Positions 1-10,495 of a stretch of DNA of 64,000 nucleotides are shown here, piece after piece. Source of the DNA: an uncultured Actinomycetota bacterium (lineage in GTDB: Bacteria; Actinomycetota; Actinomycetes; Actinomycetales; Dermatophilaceae). Below the pieces are notes generated by a model. The model made no database searches. It was not told the origin of the DNA and saw nothing but the letters and a program-made list of their open reading frames with translations. The stretch covers positions 2,142-66,141 of the forward strand of contig CAWHFV010000010.1 of the NCBI GenBank assembly GCA_963828725.1, in the 5' to 3' direction. Within the stretch, counting starts at the first letter, position 1, and every line of letters starts with the position of its first letter. Made by a program: the position numbers and the translations under genes.

Positions 1-1111
1 TCGCGACCGGTCGAGCCATCCCGAACATCAGCAGCGGAACGAGCAGCAGGAGCACGGTGCGTTCCGGAGACAGCAGCCCGATCGCCAGCACCGCTGCCGA
101 AGACAGCACCAGGGCCGCGACCGTGAGCCCTCGAGTGCCGCCGCGGTCGGTGGCCCGGCCGACTCGGCTCGCCAGGAACGGCGCGACGGCGACGGCCGGC
201 AGGCACAGGGCGCCGGCGACCGCGGGGGCGAAGCCCAGAACGTGCTGCAGGTACAGCGTGAGGTACACGGTCAGCCCGAGAATCGCGAACTGGAAAGCCA
301 GGAGCGCCGTCAACGATCCGGCCACCGCAGGGATCCGCAACAGACTGAGATCGACGAGCGGAGAAGCCGACCGCCGCTCCACCACGACGAAACCGGCGAG
401 CGCGATCGCGGCCACCAGGGCTGTGGCAACGGTAACGACCGCCCCGGAGGACTGGACCTGCAACAGCGCCGTCGTCATCGCCGCGAGGCCGCACACCAAC
501 AGGACCAGGCCCGCCACGTCGACGGCCTCTCGCCGCTCGACGTGAGACTCCGGCATCCATCGCACCGCGACCACCCCCACCACCAGGATCGGCAGGAGGT
601 TGACCGCGAAGACGGAACGCCATCCGAACAACTGGGTCAGCACCCCGCCGAGGACGGGTCCGGCGGCGAGTAACACCGTCGCCCCCGTGGAGATGATGCC
701 CAGCGCCCACCCTCGGCGCTCCTCCGGTACGACGAGCGTGGCATTGGCGTACCCCAGGGGGACCAGCAGGGCCGCCCCGACGCCCTGTAGCCCGCGGGCC
801 GCGATCAGCACACCAGCGGTCGGAGCGAGGGCACAGATCGTGGAGCCCAGAGCGAAGATCCCGGCCCCGACCAGGAACGTTCGACGCCGACCGTGCACGT
901 CCGCGATGCGGCCCGCTGCCGCCATCAACGACGCCAGAGCCAGGAGATACGCGCCCATCACCCACTGGAGCGCGAGGCTCGACAGGCCCAGATCCGCTTG
1001 GATCGCCCGCAGCGCGGTGACGACGGCGGTCTCGTCCAGAAACGCCAGACCGACGGCCAAGCTGGCCGCCACCAACACCGCCCGCTGCGGCGTCGTGAGG
1101 GCGCCCGACAC
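1..1111 (-). CDS. DHA2-type MFS drug/H+ antiporter, runs off the window start
   Basis: Own translation of the minus strand from GTG 1111: MSGALTTPQRAVLVAASLAVGLAFLDETAVVTALRAIQADLG...QWVMGAYLLALASLMAAAGRIADVHGRRR (MFS motif A, DHA2-like TM1). Confidence 0.85.
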   Translation of the reverse strand, partial: MSGALTTPQRAVLVAASLAVGLAFLDETAVVTALRAIQADLGLSSLALQWVMGAYLLALASLMAAAGRIADVHGRRRTFLVGAGIFALGSTICALAPTAGVLIAARGLQGVGAALLVPLGYANATLVVPEERRGWALGIISTGATVLLAAGPVLGGVLTQLFGWRSVFAVNLLPILVVGVVAVRWMPESHVERREAVDVAGLVLLVCGLAAMTTALLQVQSSGAVVTVATALVAAIALAGFVVVERRSASPLVDLSLLRIPAVAGSLTALLAFQFAILGLTVYLTLYLQHVLGFAPAVAGALCLPAVAVAPFLASRVGRATDRGGTRGLTVAALVLSSAAVLAIGLLSPERTVLLLLVPLLMFGMARPVA

Positions 1112-1161
1112 CCAGCCAGCCTAGCCAGCGGCTGTCGGCAGAGCAGTCCGTTCGTCGTCCC

Positions 1162-2070
1162 TCAGTCGCGCCCCGACCCGGGATCGGGCAGGACGTCGCG
1201 CCACGAGTGACGTGGTGCGTACCCGAGGAGCTCGCGTGCCCTGTCGATGGAGTAGAAGGTCTCGTCTCGGCTCATCTCCCGGCGCACCTCCACTCCGCCG
1301 TAGAAGCGCTCCTGGATCTGTCGGGTCGTCGCTGCGACCGACATGTCCGCGTTGGCGACGTTGAAGACCTGGTAGCCCAGCCCGTCCGTCTCGAGGCAAC
1401 GCTGCACCATCTGACCCAGATCGCGAACGTCGATGTAGCCGAACAGGTTGCGACGCCTCAGCGCCGGGTCGGTGAGGAAGGGAGGAAACTTCTGGGCGTA
1501 CTCATGCGGCTCGATGACATTGTTGATCCGCAGCCCGTACACATCCGCTCCGGTGCGGGCGTGGAACGAGCGCGCCGTCACCTCGCCAGCGACCTTCGAC
1601 ATCGCGTACGCGTCCTCGGGAACCGTTGGATGGTCCTCGTCGACGGGAACATAGAGCGGGCGCCGCTCGCCCTGGGCGAAGCAGATGCCGTAGGTCGTCT
1701 CCGACGAGGCGAACACGATCTTGCGCACCCCCAACCGGGTCGCGGCCTCCAGCACGTTGTAGGTGCTGACGACGTTCGTCGCGTATGTCGCCGCGTCCGA
1801 CGTCAGCAGGATCCGCGGAACGGCGGCGAAGTGCACGACGGCGTCATAGCCGGGCTTCTCGGGGAGGTCGAGCTCCGCGAACGTGGCCAGCCCGGCCAGC
1901 GCTGAGTAGGTCTCCCCGGCATCGGTCAGGTCGACGCGCAGGTCGGCGACCAACGGGTGCGCCAGGGGCACAAGGTCGGCGTTGGTGACGTGGTGGCCCT
2001 GCTCAGCAAGGTACGGCGCAACGTGCCTGCCGGCCTTGCCGCTGCCCCCGGTGAAGAAGATCCGCATCAT
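1162..2070 (-). CDS. NAD-dependent epimerase/dehydratase (extended SDR)
   Basis: TGGSGKAG Rossmann motif, VVHFAA, ASSET, YAMSK catalytic YxxxK. Confidence 0.9.
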   Translation of the reverse strand: MMRIFFTGGSGKAGRHVAPYLAEQGHHVTNADLVPLAHPLVADLRVDLTDAGETYSALAGLATFAELDLPEKPGYDAVVHFAAVPRILLTSDAATYATNVVSTYNVLEAATRLGVRKIVFASSETTYGICFAQGERRPLYVPVDEDHPTVPEDAYAMSKVAGEVTARSFHARTGADVYGLRINNVIEPHEYAQKFPPFLTDPALRRRNLFGYIDVRDLGQMVQRCLETDGLGYQVFNVANADMSVAATTRQIQERFYGGVEVRREMSRDETFYSIDRARELLGYAPRHSWRDVLPDPGSGRD

Positions 2071-2167
2071 CCATGCGTACCCCACCGTCGTTGGTCCCAC
2101 TCACTGGCGGGCGACCCGAACGCCGGCCGGTTCGAGGTGCCCGAGCTTCGGCCGTCCTTCGTGTCGG

Positions 2168-2476
2168 CTAGACCAGAATGTCGCCGCGGGGGACGACCAG
2201 CCCATGGACCTCGAACGTCTCGGTTGCCTGTTCGAAGGAGGGCGCCGGTCGGTCGCCGGCCAGTTCCCGCATCAGCGGGACGATGATCTCGGTGTTGGCC
2301 CGGTCGTAGTCCTCCTTGGACTCCCACACCTCTAACACCTCGAAGCCGTCGGGAGTCGCCCGCCCGACGTGCACCAGCAAACCGTCGACGGAGGAGCCGC
2401 TCCGCCGCTTCATCTCAGCGTGCAACCCGTCGTACATCTCGACGGGTGCCGGCACCGTGGTGATCACTCCGTACAT
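2168..2476 (-). CDS. Small hypothetical protein, ABM/dimeric alpha-beta barrel-like
   Basis: MYGVITTVPAPVEMYD...FEVLEVWESKEDY; purine-rich RBS (GAGAGG) upstream of ATG 2476. Confidence 0.65.
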   Translation of the reverse strand: MYGVITTVPAPVEMYDGLHAEMKRRSGSSVDGLLVHVGRATPDGFEVLEVWESKEDYDRANTEIIVPLMRELAGDRPAPSFEQATETFEVHGLVVPRGDILV

Positions 2477-2538
2477 CTTCAACCTCTCCTCTGTTGTGGC
2501 GGCTGGCGGCCGTCGTGGGTTCCACTGGATGTTTCTGC

Positions 2539-3204
2539 TCAACCGTGGTCGATGTCGGTCCGCGACACCCCGGACCGTGTTGTCACGGTGACAAGCCCTG
2601 GCCCTGACAGGTGCGGCAGTGCCACTCCGGTGCGACCGGTCAGGAGCAGCAGCAACATCGCGATCGGGCCCCGCAGCTCGAGCCCGGCACCGGCGGACCA
2701 GTCGGTGTCGGTGGCGACCAGACGCATACCCCGGAGCCGGTGGCCGGCCCAGAACGGCCACCCCATGGTCCACACCCGGGTGGCACCGGCCCGGGCCGCC
2801 TCCAGCGGCATCGGCACGTCCCGGCCCACCGGGATCGTGATGTCCTCAGTGTGGACGAGGACGTCGAACAGGATGTTCCGGTAGTTCGTCACCACCGGTA
2901 GACGGCGAGAGTCCGCGTGTGCGCGCAGCTCGGCAACGAGGTCGGGCACGGGCCGGGCGGCGTGGCGCACGGCGGCATCGTGGTTGAGCCGGTGGAAGCG
3001 GCCCCGCGCCCGGATACTGTCCGTGAGCATCGACCCCAACCCGGGGACCTGCGGCGCCATGGCGACATGCGCTGCCACGTCCCGGACTCGCCAGCCGGTG
3101 CACAGCGACGGCTGCTCCCACTCGGCGTCGGACAGACCCTCGAGAAGCCGGGCGAGACGCAGCCGCTGCTCGGCGATCACCTGCCAGCTCTCTTCGCGAT
3201 CCAT
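2539..3204 (-). CDS. Mycothiol-dependent maleylpyruvate isomerase family protein (DinB-like)
   Basis: W..PSLCTGWRVRDVAAH and DVLVHTEDI motifs. Confidence 0.85.
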   Translation of the reverse strand: MDREESWQVIAEQRLRLARLLEGLSDAEWEQPSLCTGWRVRDVAAHVAMAPQVPGLGSMLTDSIRARGRFHRLNHDAAVRHAARPVPDLVAELRAHADSRRLPVVTNYRNILFDVLVHTEDITIPVGRDVPMPLEAARAGATRVWTMGWPFWAGHRLRGMRLVATDTDWSAGAGLELRGPIAMLLLLLTGRTGVALPHLSGPGLVTVTTRSGVSRTDIDHG

Positions 3205-3239
3205 CAGCCGCTCCTGCGATTAGTACGATCTTAGGACCA

Positions 3240-3264
3240 TTTTAGTCAGGTTTACGGACTAAAA
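3240..3264. promoter_or_regulatory. AT-rich inverted repeat TTTTAGTC-N9-GACTAAAA, probable operator between divergent genes
   Basis: Perfect 8-bp arms in the AT-rich divergent intergenic region. Confidence 0.55.
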
Positions 3265-3357
3265 CAAGAGGGTCAGTCTGGCTGGCTCGTCGCGACGGCC
3301 ACCATGACGCCATGCTGGGGCGTCGTTTCGCGGGTCCGGTCCAGGAGGGGGAGAGGC

Positions 3358-4128
3358 GTGGTTGATCGCACGTTCACCGTGGGGGTGCTGACTCCACATG
3401 TCACACCCGGACCTGAGATCGAGATCCCGGTCATGTCCGCGGGTCGAGTCGCCACCGACGTCTCCCGCATCAGAGTTCCCAGCACGAGCGCCGGGACCGC
3501 CTCGGCGTCGCTGGAGCTGCTGAGGCAAGGGACTCTCGCGTCGCCGATGGACGAAGCGACTGCGGTGTTCTCGGCCGGCTCGATCGACGCCCTCGCGTAT
3601 GCCTCGACCAGCTCGGGCTACGTGATCGGGTTCGACGCCGAGACCGAGCTGGTCGAACGGCTCCGTGAACGGTGGGCGCTGCCCACCGGTTCGAGCTCTT
3701 GGGCAGCGGTGCTGGCCCTACGCGCATACGGGATCGAACGAGTCACGCTGGTCCATCCGCCCTGGTTCGACGACGAGACCAACGACCTGGGTTCGGCCTA
3801 CTTCCGGACCCAAGGGTTCGATGCCGTCGCCCTGCGCGCGGACAGCCTGCCGGACGACCCGGCCCAGGTGCGGCCCGGACCGGTCATCGAGTGGGTCAGC
3901 CGTCACCTCGGCGACCAGGCCGAGGCCGTCTTCCTCGGCGGGAACGGTTTTCGCGCCGCGGAGGCGGTCGAGCCGATCGAGCGTCACACCGGCCGCCTGG
4001 TCCTCGAGGCCAACCAGGTGTTGCTCTGGTCGATCCTGGATGCGAGCCGGACCACCTTGGACATCACCACGTACGGACGACTTCTCCGGGAGGCGGCACC
4101 GGCACCGAACCCGACCAAGTCGTCATAG
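3358..4128 (+). CDS. Asp/Glu racemase / maleate isomerase superfamily protein lacking cysteines
   Basis: VGVLTP..E, YASTSS, ALRAYGIERV, VFLGGNGF, VLEANQVLLW pattern of the AMDase/Iso family; RBS GGAGAGG before GTG 3358. Confidence 0.75.
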   Translation: MVDRTFTVGVLTPHVTPGPEIEIPVMSAGRVATDVSRIRVPSTSAGTASASLELLRQGTLASPMDEATAVFSAGSIDALAYASTSSGYVIGFDAETELVERLRERWALPTGSSSWAAVLALRAYGIERVTLVHPPWFDDETNDLGSAYFRTQGFDAVALRADSLPDDPAQVRPGPVIEWVSRHLGDQAEAVFLGGNGFRAAEAVEPIERHTGRLVLEANQVLLWSILDASRTTLDITTYGRLLREAAPAPNPTKSS

Positions 4129-4161
4129 CGCGAAGCTCCAAGCGACCGCTGCAGCTCGGCC

Positions 4162-5247
4162 CTACACGTTGAAGCGGAACTCGACCACGTCGCCGTCGGC
4201 CATGACGTAGTCCTTGCCCTCGATGCGGACCCGGCCCGCCGCCTTGGCCGCGTTCATGGACCCCGCGGCGACGAGGTCGTCGTAGGAGACCACCTCGGCC
4301 TTGATGAACCCGCGTTGGAAGTCGGTGTGGATCACGCCCGCCGCCTGAGGAGCGGTCCACCCCTGGTGGATGGTCCAGGCCCGCGACTCCTTGGGGCCGG
4401 CCGTGAGATACGTCTGCAGCCCCAGGGTGTGGAACCCGACCCGCGCCAGCTGGTCGAGGCCGGACTCGTCAGCGCCCACCGACTGGAGCAGTTCGAGCGC
4501 CTCCTGGGCGTCGAGCTCGGACAGGTCGGCCTCCAGCTTGGCGTCGAGGAAGACGGAGTCGGCCGGCGCGACCAGCGCCGCGAGACGCGCCTTCAGCGCC
4601 TCGTCGGTCAGCTGGGACTCCGAGAGGTTGAAGGCATAGATGAACGGCTTGGTCGTCAGCAGCGACAGGCCCTGCGCCGCGGCGAGGTCGACCCCCGCGG
4701 CCGCACCCGACGCATACAGGGTCTCGCCGTTGTCGAGCACCGCCTGGGCAGCCACCGCGTTGTCGAGCGCTGCCTTCTTGTCCTTGGCGATCCGCGCCTC
4801 CTTCTCCAGCCGCGGGACCGCCTTCTCGAGGGTCTGCAGGTCCGCCAGGATCAGCTCGGTGTTGATGGTCTCGATGTCACCCTCGGGCGAGACCTTGCCC
4901 TCGACGTGCACGACGTCGTCATCCTCGAAGACGCGGATCACCTGGCAGATCGCGTCGGCCTCCCGGATGTTCGCGAGGAACTTGTTCCCCAGCCCCTCTC
5001 CCTCGGAGGCACCCCGGACGATCCCCGCGATGTCGACGAACGACACCGTCGCAGGAACGCTCTTCTCGCTCTCGAACAGCTGCGACAGCACGCCGAGCCG
5101 CGGGTCCGGCAGCGGTACGACCCCGACGTTCGGCTCGATGGTCGCGAACGGGTAGTTCGCCGCGAGGACCGAGTTCTTGGTCAGCGCGTTGAAGAGGGTC
5201 GACTTGCCGACGTTGGGCAGACCGACGATGCCGATGGTGAGAGCCAC
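4162..5247 (-). CDS. ychF: Redox-regulated ATPase YchF
   Basis: GIVGLPNVGKSTLFNALT, NYPFATIEPN, DIAG, IHTDF, C-terminal FRFNV. Confidence 0.98.
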   Translation of the reverse strand: MALTIGIVGLPNVGKSTLFNALTKNSVLAANYPFATIEPNVGVVPLPDPRLGVLSQLFESEKSVPATVSFVDIAGIVRGASEGEGLGNKFLANIREADAICQVIRVFEDDDVVHVEGKVSPEGDIETINTELILADLQTLEKAVPRLEKEARIAKDKKAALDNAVAAQAVLDNGETLYASGAAAGVDLAAAQGLSLLTTKPFIYAFNLSESQLTDEALKARLAALVAPADSVFLDAKLEADLSELDAQEALELLQSVGADESGLDQLARVGFHTLGLQTYLTAGPKESRAWTIHQGWTAPQAAGVIHTDFQRGFIKAEVVSYDDLVAAGSMNAAKAAGRVRIEGKDYVMADGDVVEFRFNV

Positions 5248-5262
5248 GAGGCCGAGAGTCTA

Positions 5263-5354
5263 GGTCACCCCACGAAGTTCTCCCCACGACGTTCGCCGCT
5301 TCGCGTCGATCCGTCGCGGGACCCCACGCTCCGCTCCGATACTTCGCGGGGACC
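5263..5354. repeat. Nested imperfect inverted repeat (REP-like)
   Basis: ggtcaccccacgaagt...acttcgcggggacc with inner cccacgacg...cgtcgcggg. Confidence 0.5.
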
Positions 5355-5378
5355 CCGACTACCTGGCCGCGGCGGAGG

Positions 5379-6224
5379 TCAGCGCGGCGTCCGGATCCCG
5401 CACAGCTGCCGGGACTGCGCGACGAACCGGCCCTCGCTGTCCCAGACGACGGCGTCCTCCTCCATCAGTCCGGCCGTGACGTTCTGGCTCGACAGCGTGA
5501 CCCGGAGCCAGCCGGGCGCCGGACGACGGCGGATGTGGCCGGTGAACTCCAACGTCGGCGCCCACCCGAGGATCCCGAGGTCGAAGGCCACCGGGGGCAA
5601 CGCGTCCAGCGCGAAGAGCAGCATGACCGGGTCCGGCTCGCGGCCGTCGCGCATCCGGATCCACCCCCGCATGGAACCCGCCCCACTCGGATGTCCGGCG
5701 GCCCAGCCGGCCGTGGCGGGGTCGATCCGCAGGTCCAGCCGCTCGAGCAGCGAGGCGGCCGCGAGGAACGTCGGCGGTGCCTCCCGCGCCGAGAGGCACT
5801 CCTCCGGCGGAGGCATGTCCGGCGGAGCCACGGTGCGCATGACCTCGGCGGATGCGTCGAGGTCGCCGAAGCTGGCCAGCGCCCGCATCCGCTCGACGAG
5901 GACGCCGTCGGCGCCGGGCTGCGAGACCGACACCTGCCCGGTCGACATGGTCCGGCCGACGCGCAGCACCTCGGTGGTGGCCTCGACCGGGCCGGGGCCC
6001 GACGGGGTCAGGAAGTAGCCGCTGAACGCGAGCAGGTCGCCGTGCGCGCCCTCGCGGTCGAGGCGTTGCTGCAGCGCCGTCGTGGCCAACGACATGATCA
6101 CGCCGCCGTTGACGCCGTTGCCGATCCGCCACCCGTCGCCGAACGAGCCCGCATACGCCTCGGCGCTTCCTTCGACGGGTTGGACCGCGATCTCCTCGTC
6201 GAACTCGTGTCGCCGGCTCGCCAT
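5379..6224 (-). CDS. Thioesterase family protein (TesB-like double hotdog)
   Basis: GWRIGNGVNGG, LRVGRTMS, FALDALPP, WAPTLEFT, VAQSRQL. Confidence 0.9.
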   Translation of the reverse strand: MASRRHEFDEEIAVQPVEGSAEAYAGSFGDGWRIGNGVNGGVIMSLATTALQQRLDREGAHGDLLAFSGYFLTPSGPGPVEATTEVLRVGRTMSTGQVSVSQPGADGVLVERMRALASFGDLDASAEVMRTVAPPDMPPPEECLSAREAPPTFLAAASLLERLDLRIDPATAGWAAGHPSGAGSMRGWIRMRDGREPDPVMLLFALDALPPVAFDLGILGWAPTLEFTGHIRRRPAPGWLRVTLSSQNVTAGLMEEDAVVWDSEGRFVAQSRQLCGIRTPR

Positions 6225-6330
6225 GACGCCATCTCTACCAGAGGACCTCGCCTGCCCGATCGGACGTTGCCTGAGCACGCATACCCGAGTGCAATGGGTC
6301 GAGCCACCCAGGCCGACGTGAGGAGAACTG

Positions 6331-8118
6331 ATGACCGAGACCAGCCAGGCGGTCGAGTCGTGGCTCGACGCGTTCGACTCCGCCCTCAGCTCCGGCGACG
6401 TCGACGCGGCCACAGCCCTGTTCACCGAGGACGGCCTGTGGCGCGACCTCGTCGCCTTCACCTGGAACATCACCACGGTCGAGGGACGCGACCAGATCGC
6501 CGACATGCTCCGCGCGACCCTCTCGCGGGTGCAGCCGAAGGGCTGGTCCCTCTCCGAACCGGCGACCGGCGAGCCCGGCGCCGAGGAGGCGTGGATCGGC
6601 TTCGAGACTGCGGAGGCGCGCGGTTTCGGGCACCTTCGGCTCCAGGGTGGCAAGGCCTTCACCCTGCTCACCACCATGGTGGAGCTGAAGGGCTTCGAGG
6701 AGCCGCTCGGCGGCCGCCGCGAGAAGGGCGTCGAGCACGAGATCACCAAGGGACGTCGGTCCTGGCTGGAGCGCAAGACCGAGGCGGACGCCGCCCTCGG
6801 CGACTCCGAGCAGCCGTACGTCGTCATCGTCGGCGGCGGCCAGGGCGGCATCGGCCTCGGGGCCCGCCTGAAGCGCCACGGCATACCCACCGTGATCCTC
6901 GAGAAGAACGACCGTGCCGGCGACTCGTGGCGGAAGCGCTACAAGTCGCTCCACCTCCACGACCCGGTCTGGTACGACCACTTGCCCTACCTCAAGTTCC
7001 CCGAGCACTGGCCGGTGTTCGCCGCCAAGGACAAGCTCGGCGACTGGCTCGAGCACTACGTCGGGCTCATGGAGCTCAACTACTGGACCCGCTCCGAGTG
7101 CCGCAACGCACGGTGGGACGAGGACGCCCAGGAGTGGGTCGTCACGGTCGACCGCGACGGGACCGATGTCGAGCTCCGACCGAAGCACCTCGTCATCGCC
7201 CTCGGCGTCAGCGGCTACCCGAACCGGCCGACGTATGCCGGTCAGGACGTCTTCCGCGGCGAGCAGCACCACTCCTCGGACTTCCCCGGCGGCGACGCCT
7301 ACGCCGACAAGAACGTCGTGGTCATCGGGTCGAACAACTCGGCGTTCGACATCTGCGCGGCCGTGTGGGAGGCCGGCGGCCACCCGACGATGGTGCAGCG
7401 GTCGAGCACGCACCTCATCAAGAGCGAGTCGCTGATGGACCTCGCGCTCGGCGACCTCTACTCCGAGCGAGCCGTCGCGAGCGGCGTGACCACCGAGCGG
7501 GCCGACCTGATCTTCGCTTCGCTCCCCTACCGGATCATGGCCGACGCCGTGAAGCCGGCGTACGACGAGGCCCAGGTGCGCGACAAGGAGTACTACGACG
7601 GGCTGCGCGCGGCTGGGTTCGACCTGGACTTCGGCGTCGACGACTCCGGGCTGTTCATGAAGTACCTCCGGCGCGGCTCCGGCTACTACATCGACGTCGG
7701 CGCGGGCCAGCTGGTCATCGACGGCCGGATCCCGGTCGCCCACGGCCAGGTCGACCACCTCACCGAGGACGCGGTCGTGCTCGACGACGGCACGTCGCTA
7801 CCGGCGGACGTCGTCGTCTACGCGACCGGGTACCAGTCGATGAACGGCTTCCTCGAGACGCTCATCTCGACCGAGGTCGCGGACCGGGTCGGCAAGGTGT
7901 GGGGCTACGGGTCCGACACGCCCAAGGACCCCGGGCCGTGGGAGGGCGAGCTGCGCAACATGTGGAAGCCGACCAACGTCGAGAACCTCTGGATCCACGG
8001 CGGCAACCTCCACCAGTCGCGCCACTACTCGCAGTTCCTCGCACTGCAGCTGCGGGCGCGGTACGAGGGGCTCGACACCCCCGTCTACGGGCTGCAGGAG
8101 TCGCACCACCGGCGTTAG
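6331..8118 (+). CDS. Flavin-containing monooxygenase with N-terminal SnoaL-like domain
   Basis: WRDLVAFTWN N-domain; GGGQGG FAD motif; GDSWRKRYKSLHLHDP; GSNNSA; ATGY. Confidence 0.92.
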   Translation: MTETSQAVESWLDAFDSALSSGDVDAATALFTEDGLWRDLVAFTWNITTVEGRDQIADMLRATLSRVQPKGWSLSEPATGEPGAEEAWIGFETAEARGFGHLRLQGGKAFTLLTTMVELKGFEEPLGGRREKGVEHEITKGRRSWLERKTEADAALGDSEQPYVVIVGGGQGGIGLGARLKRHGIPTVILEKNDRAGDSWRKRYKSLHLHDPVWYDHLPYLKFPEHWPVFAAKDKLGDWLEHYVGLMELNYWTRSECRNARWDEDAQEWVVTVDRDGTDVELRPKHLVIALGVSGYPNRPTYAGQDVFRGEQHHSSDFPGGDAYADKNVVVIGSNNSAFDICAAVWEAGGHPTMVQRSSTHLIKSESLMDLALGDLYSERAVASGVTTERADLIFASLPYRIMADAVKPAYDEAQVRDKEYYDGLRAAGFDLDFGVDDSGLFMKYLRRGSGYYIDVGAGQLVIDGRIPVAHGQVDHLTEDAVVLDDGTSLPADVVVYATGYQSMNGFLETLISTEVADRVGKVWGYGSDTPKDPGPWEGELRNMWKPTNVENLWIHGGNLHQSRHYSQFLALQLRARYEGLDTPVYGLQESHHRR

Positions 8119-8158
8119 GTCCGACGTTTTGTCGGTGCGGCCTGCCACGCTCCGGTCC

Positions 8159-9416
8159 ATGGAGGTTCTCGTCGCGCTGACCGGGCTGCTGCTCGGCGCG
8201 CTGCTCACGTGGCTCGCGGTGCGGTCGCGGTATGCGGTTCGCCTCGCCACCGCGAGCGCGGAGCGCGACCTGCTGCGCGAGCGCGTCATCGACCTCGAGG
8301 CCACCCTCAGCGAGGACTCCGAGACGGCACAGATGATCGCGCCACTGCGCTCCAGCCTCGACCGGGTCGAACGACAGGTCCACGACCTCGAGCGCGAGCG
8401 GGTCGCCCAGTTCAGCGAGGTGGCGGCGGAGATGGCCCGGGTGGCGCGGACCACGACCGAGCTCGGGGCGCAGACTGCCTCCCTGGTGGGGTCGCTCAAC
8501 GCCTCGTCCGTACGCGGCATGTGGGGCGAGGTGCAGCTGCGCCGGGTCCTCGAGCACGCCGGGATGCTGGCGCGTTGCGACTTCGAGGAGCAGGTGACCG
8601 GCACCGGCGCAGATGACCACCGCGTCCGTCCCGACGTCGTCGTCCGGCTGCCGGGCGACAAGTGCCTCGTCGTCGACGCCAAGGTGCCGATGACGGCGTT
8701 CCTCGCCGCGCAGCGCGAGGGGATCACCGCCGCCGAGCGCAGCGGCCGGCTCACCGCCCACGCCAGGGCCCTGCGCGGACACGTCGACAGCCTGGCCGGC
8801 AAGGCGTACTGGTCCGCCTTCGAGACGACCCCGGAGATGGTCGTCTGCTTCGTTCCCGGGGAGGCGATCCTGACGGCCGCGCTCGCCCACGACCCCGAGC
8901 TGCACGAGTATGCGATGGCTCGCCGGGTCGTGCTCGCCTCGCCCGCCACGCTGCTCGCTCTCCTGCGGACAGTCGCGTTCACCTGGCAGCAGGACGCCCT
9001 CTCGCACAACGCCCGCGAGCTGCTGACGGTCGGCCGCGAGCTGCACGACCGGCTCGGCTCGCTCGGCGCGCACACGCAGACCATGGGCGCCGCCCTGCGT
9101 CGGTCGGTCGAGGCCTACAACGGGTTCGTCGGCTCGCTGGAGCATCGGGTGCTGCCCACCGCCCGCCGGATGCGCGACCTCGGCGTGGTCGAGCGCGACA
9201 TCGAGCGGCTGGTCCCGCTCGACGCGGCGCCGCGTCCGCTGACCGCATACGAGCTGGTCGCGTCGGAGCCGCCCGACGGCGAACCGGATGGTCCGACGCA
9301 TACCGCGATCGGCGAGTTCGAGGCTCTCGACGCGGAGGTCGGCACGACCCGAGCTGGACCCGCGGCCCTCCCCGGACGAGGGCTCGGGGCGCGAGGACGG
9401 AGCCCGCAGCGCCTGA
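8159..9416 (+). CDS. rmuC: DNA recombination protein RmuC (true stop probably TGA 9414-9416, hidden by an indel near 9345)
   Basis: N-terminal TM, coiled coil, RGMWGEVQLRRVLE, RPDVVVRLPG, VDAK, FVPGE, ASPATLLALL. Confidence 0.88.
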
Positions 9417-9472
9417 CCGCACGGTGGTCCGCTCCGAGGCCGTTCCCAGGGCCCGGCGGTAACGTTCAGCAC

Positions 9473-10474
9473 GTGGCTGAGAACACGGTGTTCTGGGTCG
9501 AGCGGGACTCCGGGCTCGCCAAGGAGGTCGTCGACGCCGACCTCGACGAGCTGCTGGGTCGCGACGACGGATGGCTCTGGCTCGACGTCGCCGAGCCGAC
9601 CGACGAGACGGCCGACATCCTCACGACCAGCTTCGGCTTCCATCCGCGTGCGGTCCAGACGGCCATGGAACGAGCGCACGTGCCGCGGATGCACGGCTAC
9701 ACCGACCACTTCATGCTCGTGCTGCACCGACCGCTGCGCGGCGAGGGCGGCCACGTCCACTACCTCGAGCTCGACCTGTTCGTCGGACCCAACTACCTCG
9801 TCACGGTCCACGGTCCGCGCAACCCGGTGGTCCCCATCTCCGCGATGCTCACCGAGACCGAGGAGGTGGCCAAGCGACTGAGCGCCGGGCGGGTCAAGCC
9901 GACGTCGCCGGTCGTCCTCGCGGGCTGGATCATCGCCACGCTCACCGCCGCCGAGGAGACGTCGATCAACCTGCTCGCGGAGGAGGTCGGCGGCCTCGAG
10001 AAGCGCGTGATGGCGCACATGGACGACAACAACCCCCAGGCGTTCCTCGACGAGCTGTTCATGGTCCGCCACGTCCTCATCACCGTGCGCACCATGGCGT
10101 CACAGAGCGGGGAGATCCTCAGTCGGTGCACGCGCGTGCTGAAGCACCTACCGGAGGCGGACCTCGAGATCATCGAGGACCTGCGCGACCGGTACCGACG
10201 GCTCGACCGGATCGCCACCAGCCAGCTGGACTTCCTGACCGGCGTCTCGGACTTCTATCGCGGCCGCACCGACACGCGGATGACCATCGCGGCCGAGCGG
10301 CTGGCGGTCATCGCCGCGGTCACCCTGCCCATCACGGCAATCTCGTCGGTCATGGGGATGAACGTCATCGCCAACGAGAACTCGGACCCGATCCTCCTGA
10401 CGATCCTCCTGGTCATCATGGGGACCATCTCGATCTGGTTGCTGCGCTGGGCTAAACGCCAGGGCTGGTGGTGA
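9473..10474 (+). CDS. CorA-family magnesium transporter
   Basis: WLWLD, C-terminal GMN motif (SVMGMNV) between two TM helices; TAACGT -10-like box just before GTG 9473. Confidence 0.88.
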   Translation: MAENTVFWVERDSGLAKEVVDADLDELLGRDDGWLWLDVAEPTDETADILTTSFGFHPRAVQTAMERAHVPRMHGYTDHFMLVLHRPLRGEGGHVHYLELDLFVGPNYLVTVHGPRNPVVPISAMLTETEEVAKRLSAGRVKPTSPVVLAGWIIATLTAAEETSINLLAEEVGGLEKRVMAHMDDNNPQAFLDELFMVRHVLITVRTMASQSGEILSRCTRVLKHLPEADLEIIEDLRDRYRRLDRIATSQLDFLTGVSDFYRGRTDTRMTIAAERLAVIAAVTLPITAISSVMGMNVIANENSDPILLTILLVIMGTISIWLLRWAKRQGWW

Positions 10475-10495
10475 CCGGGTGACTCAGCCGGCTGC

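Noticed and set aside
4315-8180. Long Arg/Pro/Gly-rich alternative-frame and antisense ORFs (e.g. 4315-6018, 5535-8180, and similar ones throughout)
   Set aside because: Shadow ORFs expected at about 70% GC; they overlap well-supported genes and carry no family motifs.
8129-10474. 781-aa RmuC-CorA fusion ORF
   Set aside because: The linker is low-complexity, another frame gives a natural RmuC end (TGA 9414-9416), and CorA has its own -10 box and GTG at 9473. Most likely a single-base indel in an indel-rich sequence.
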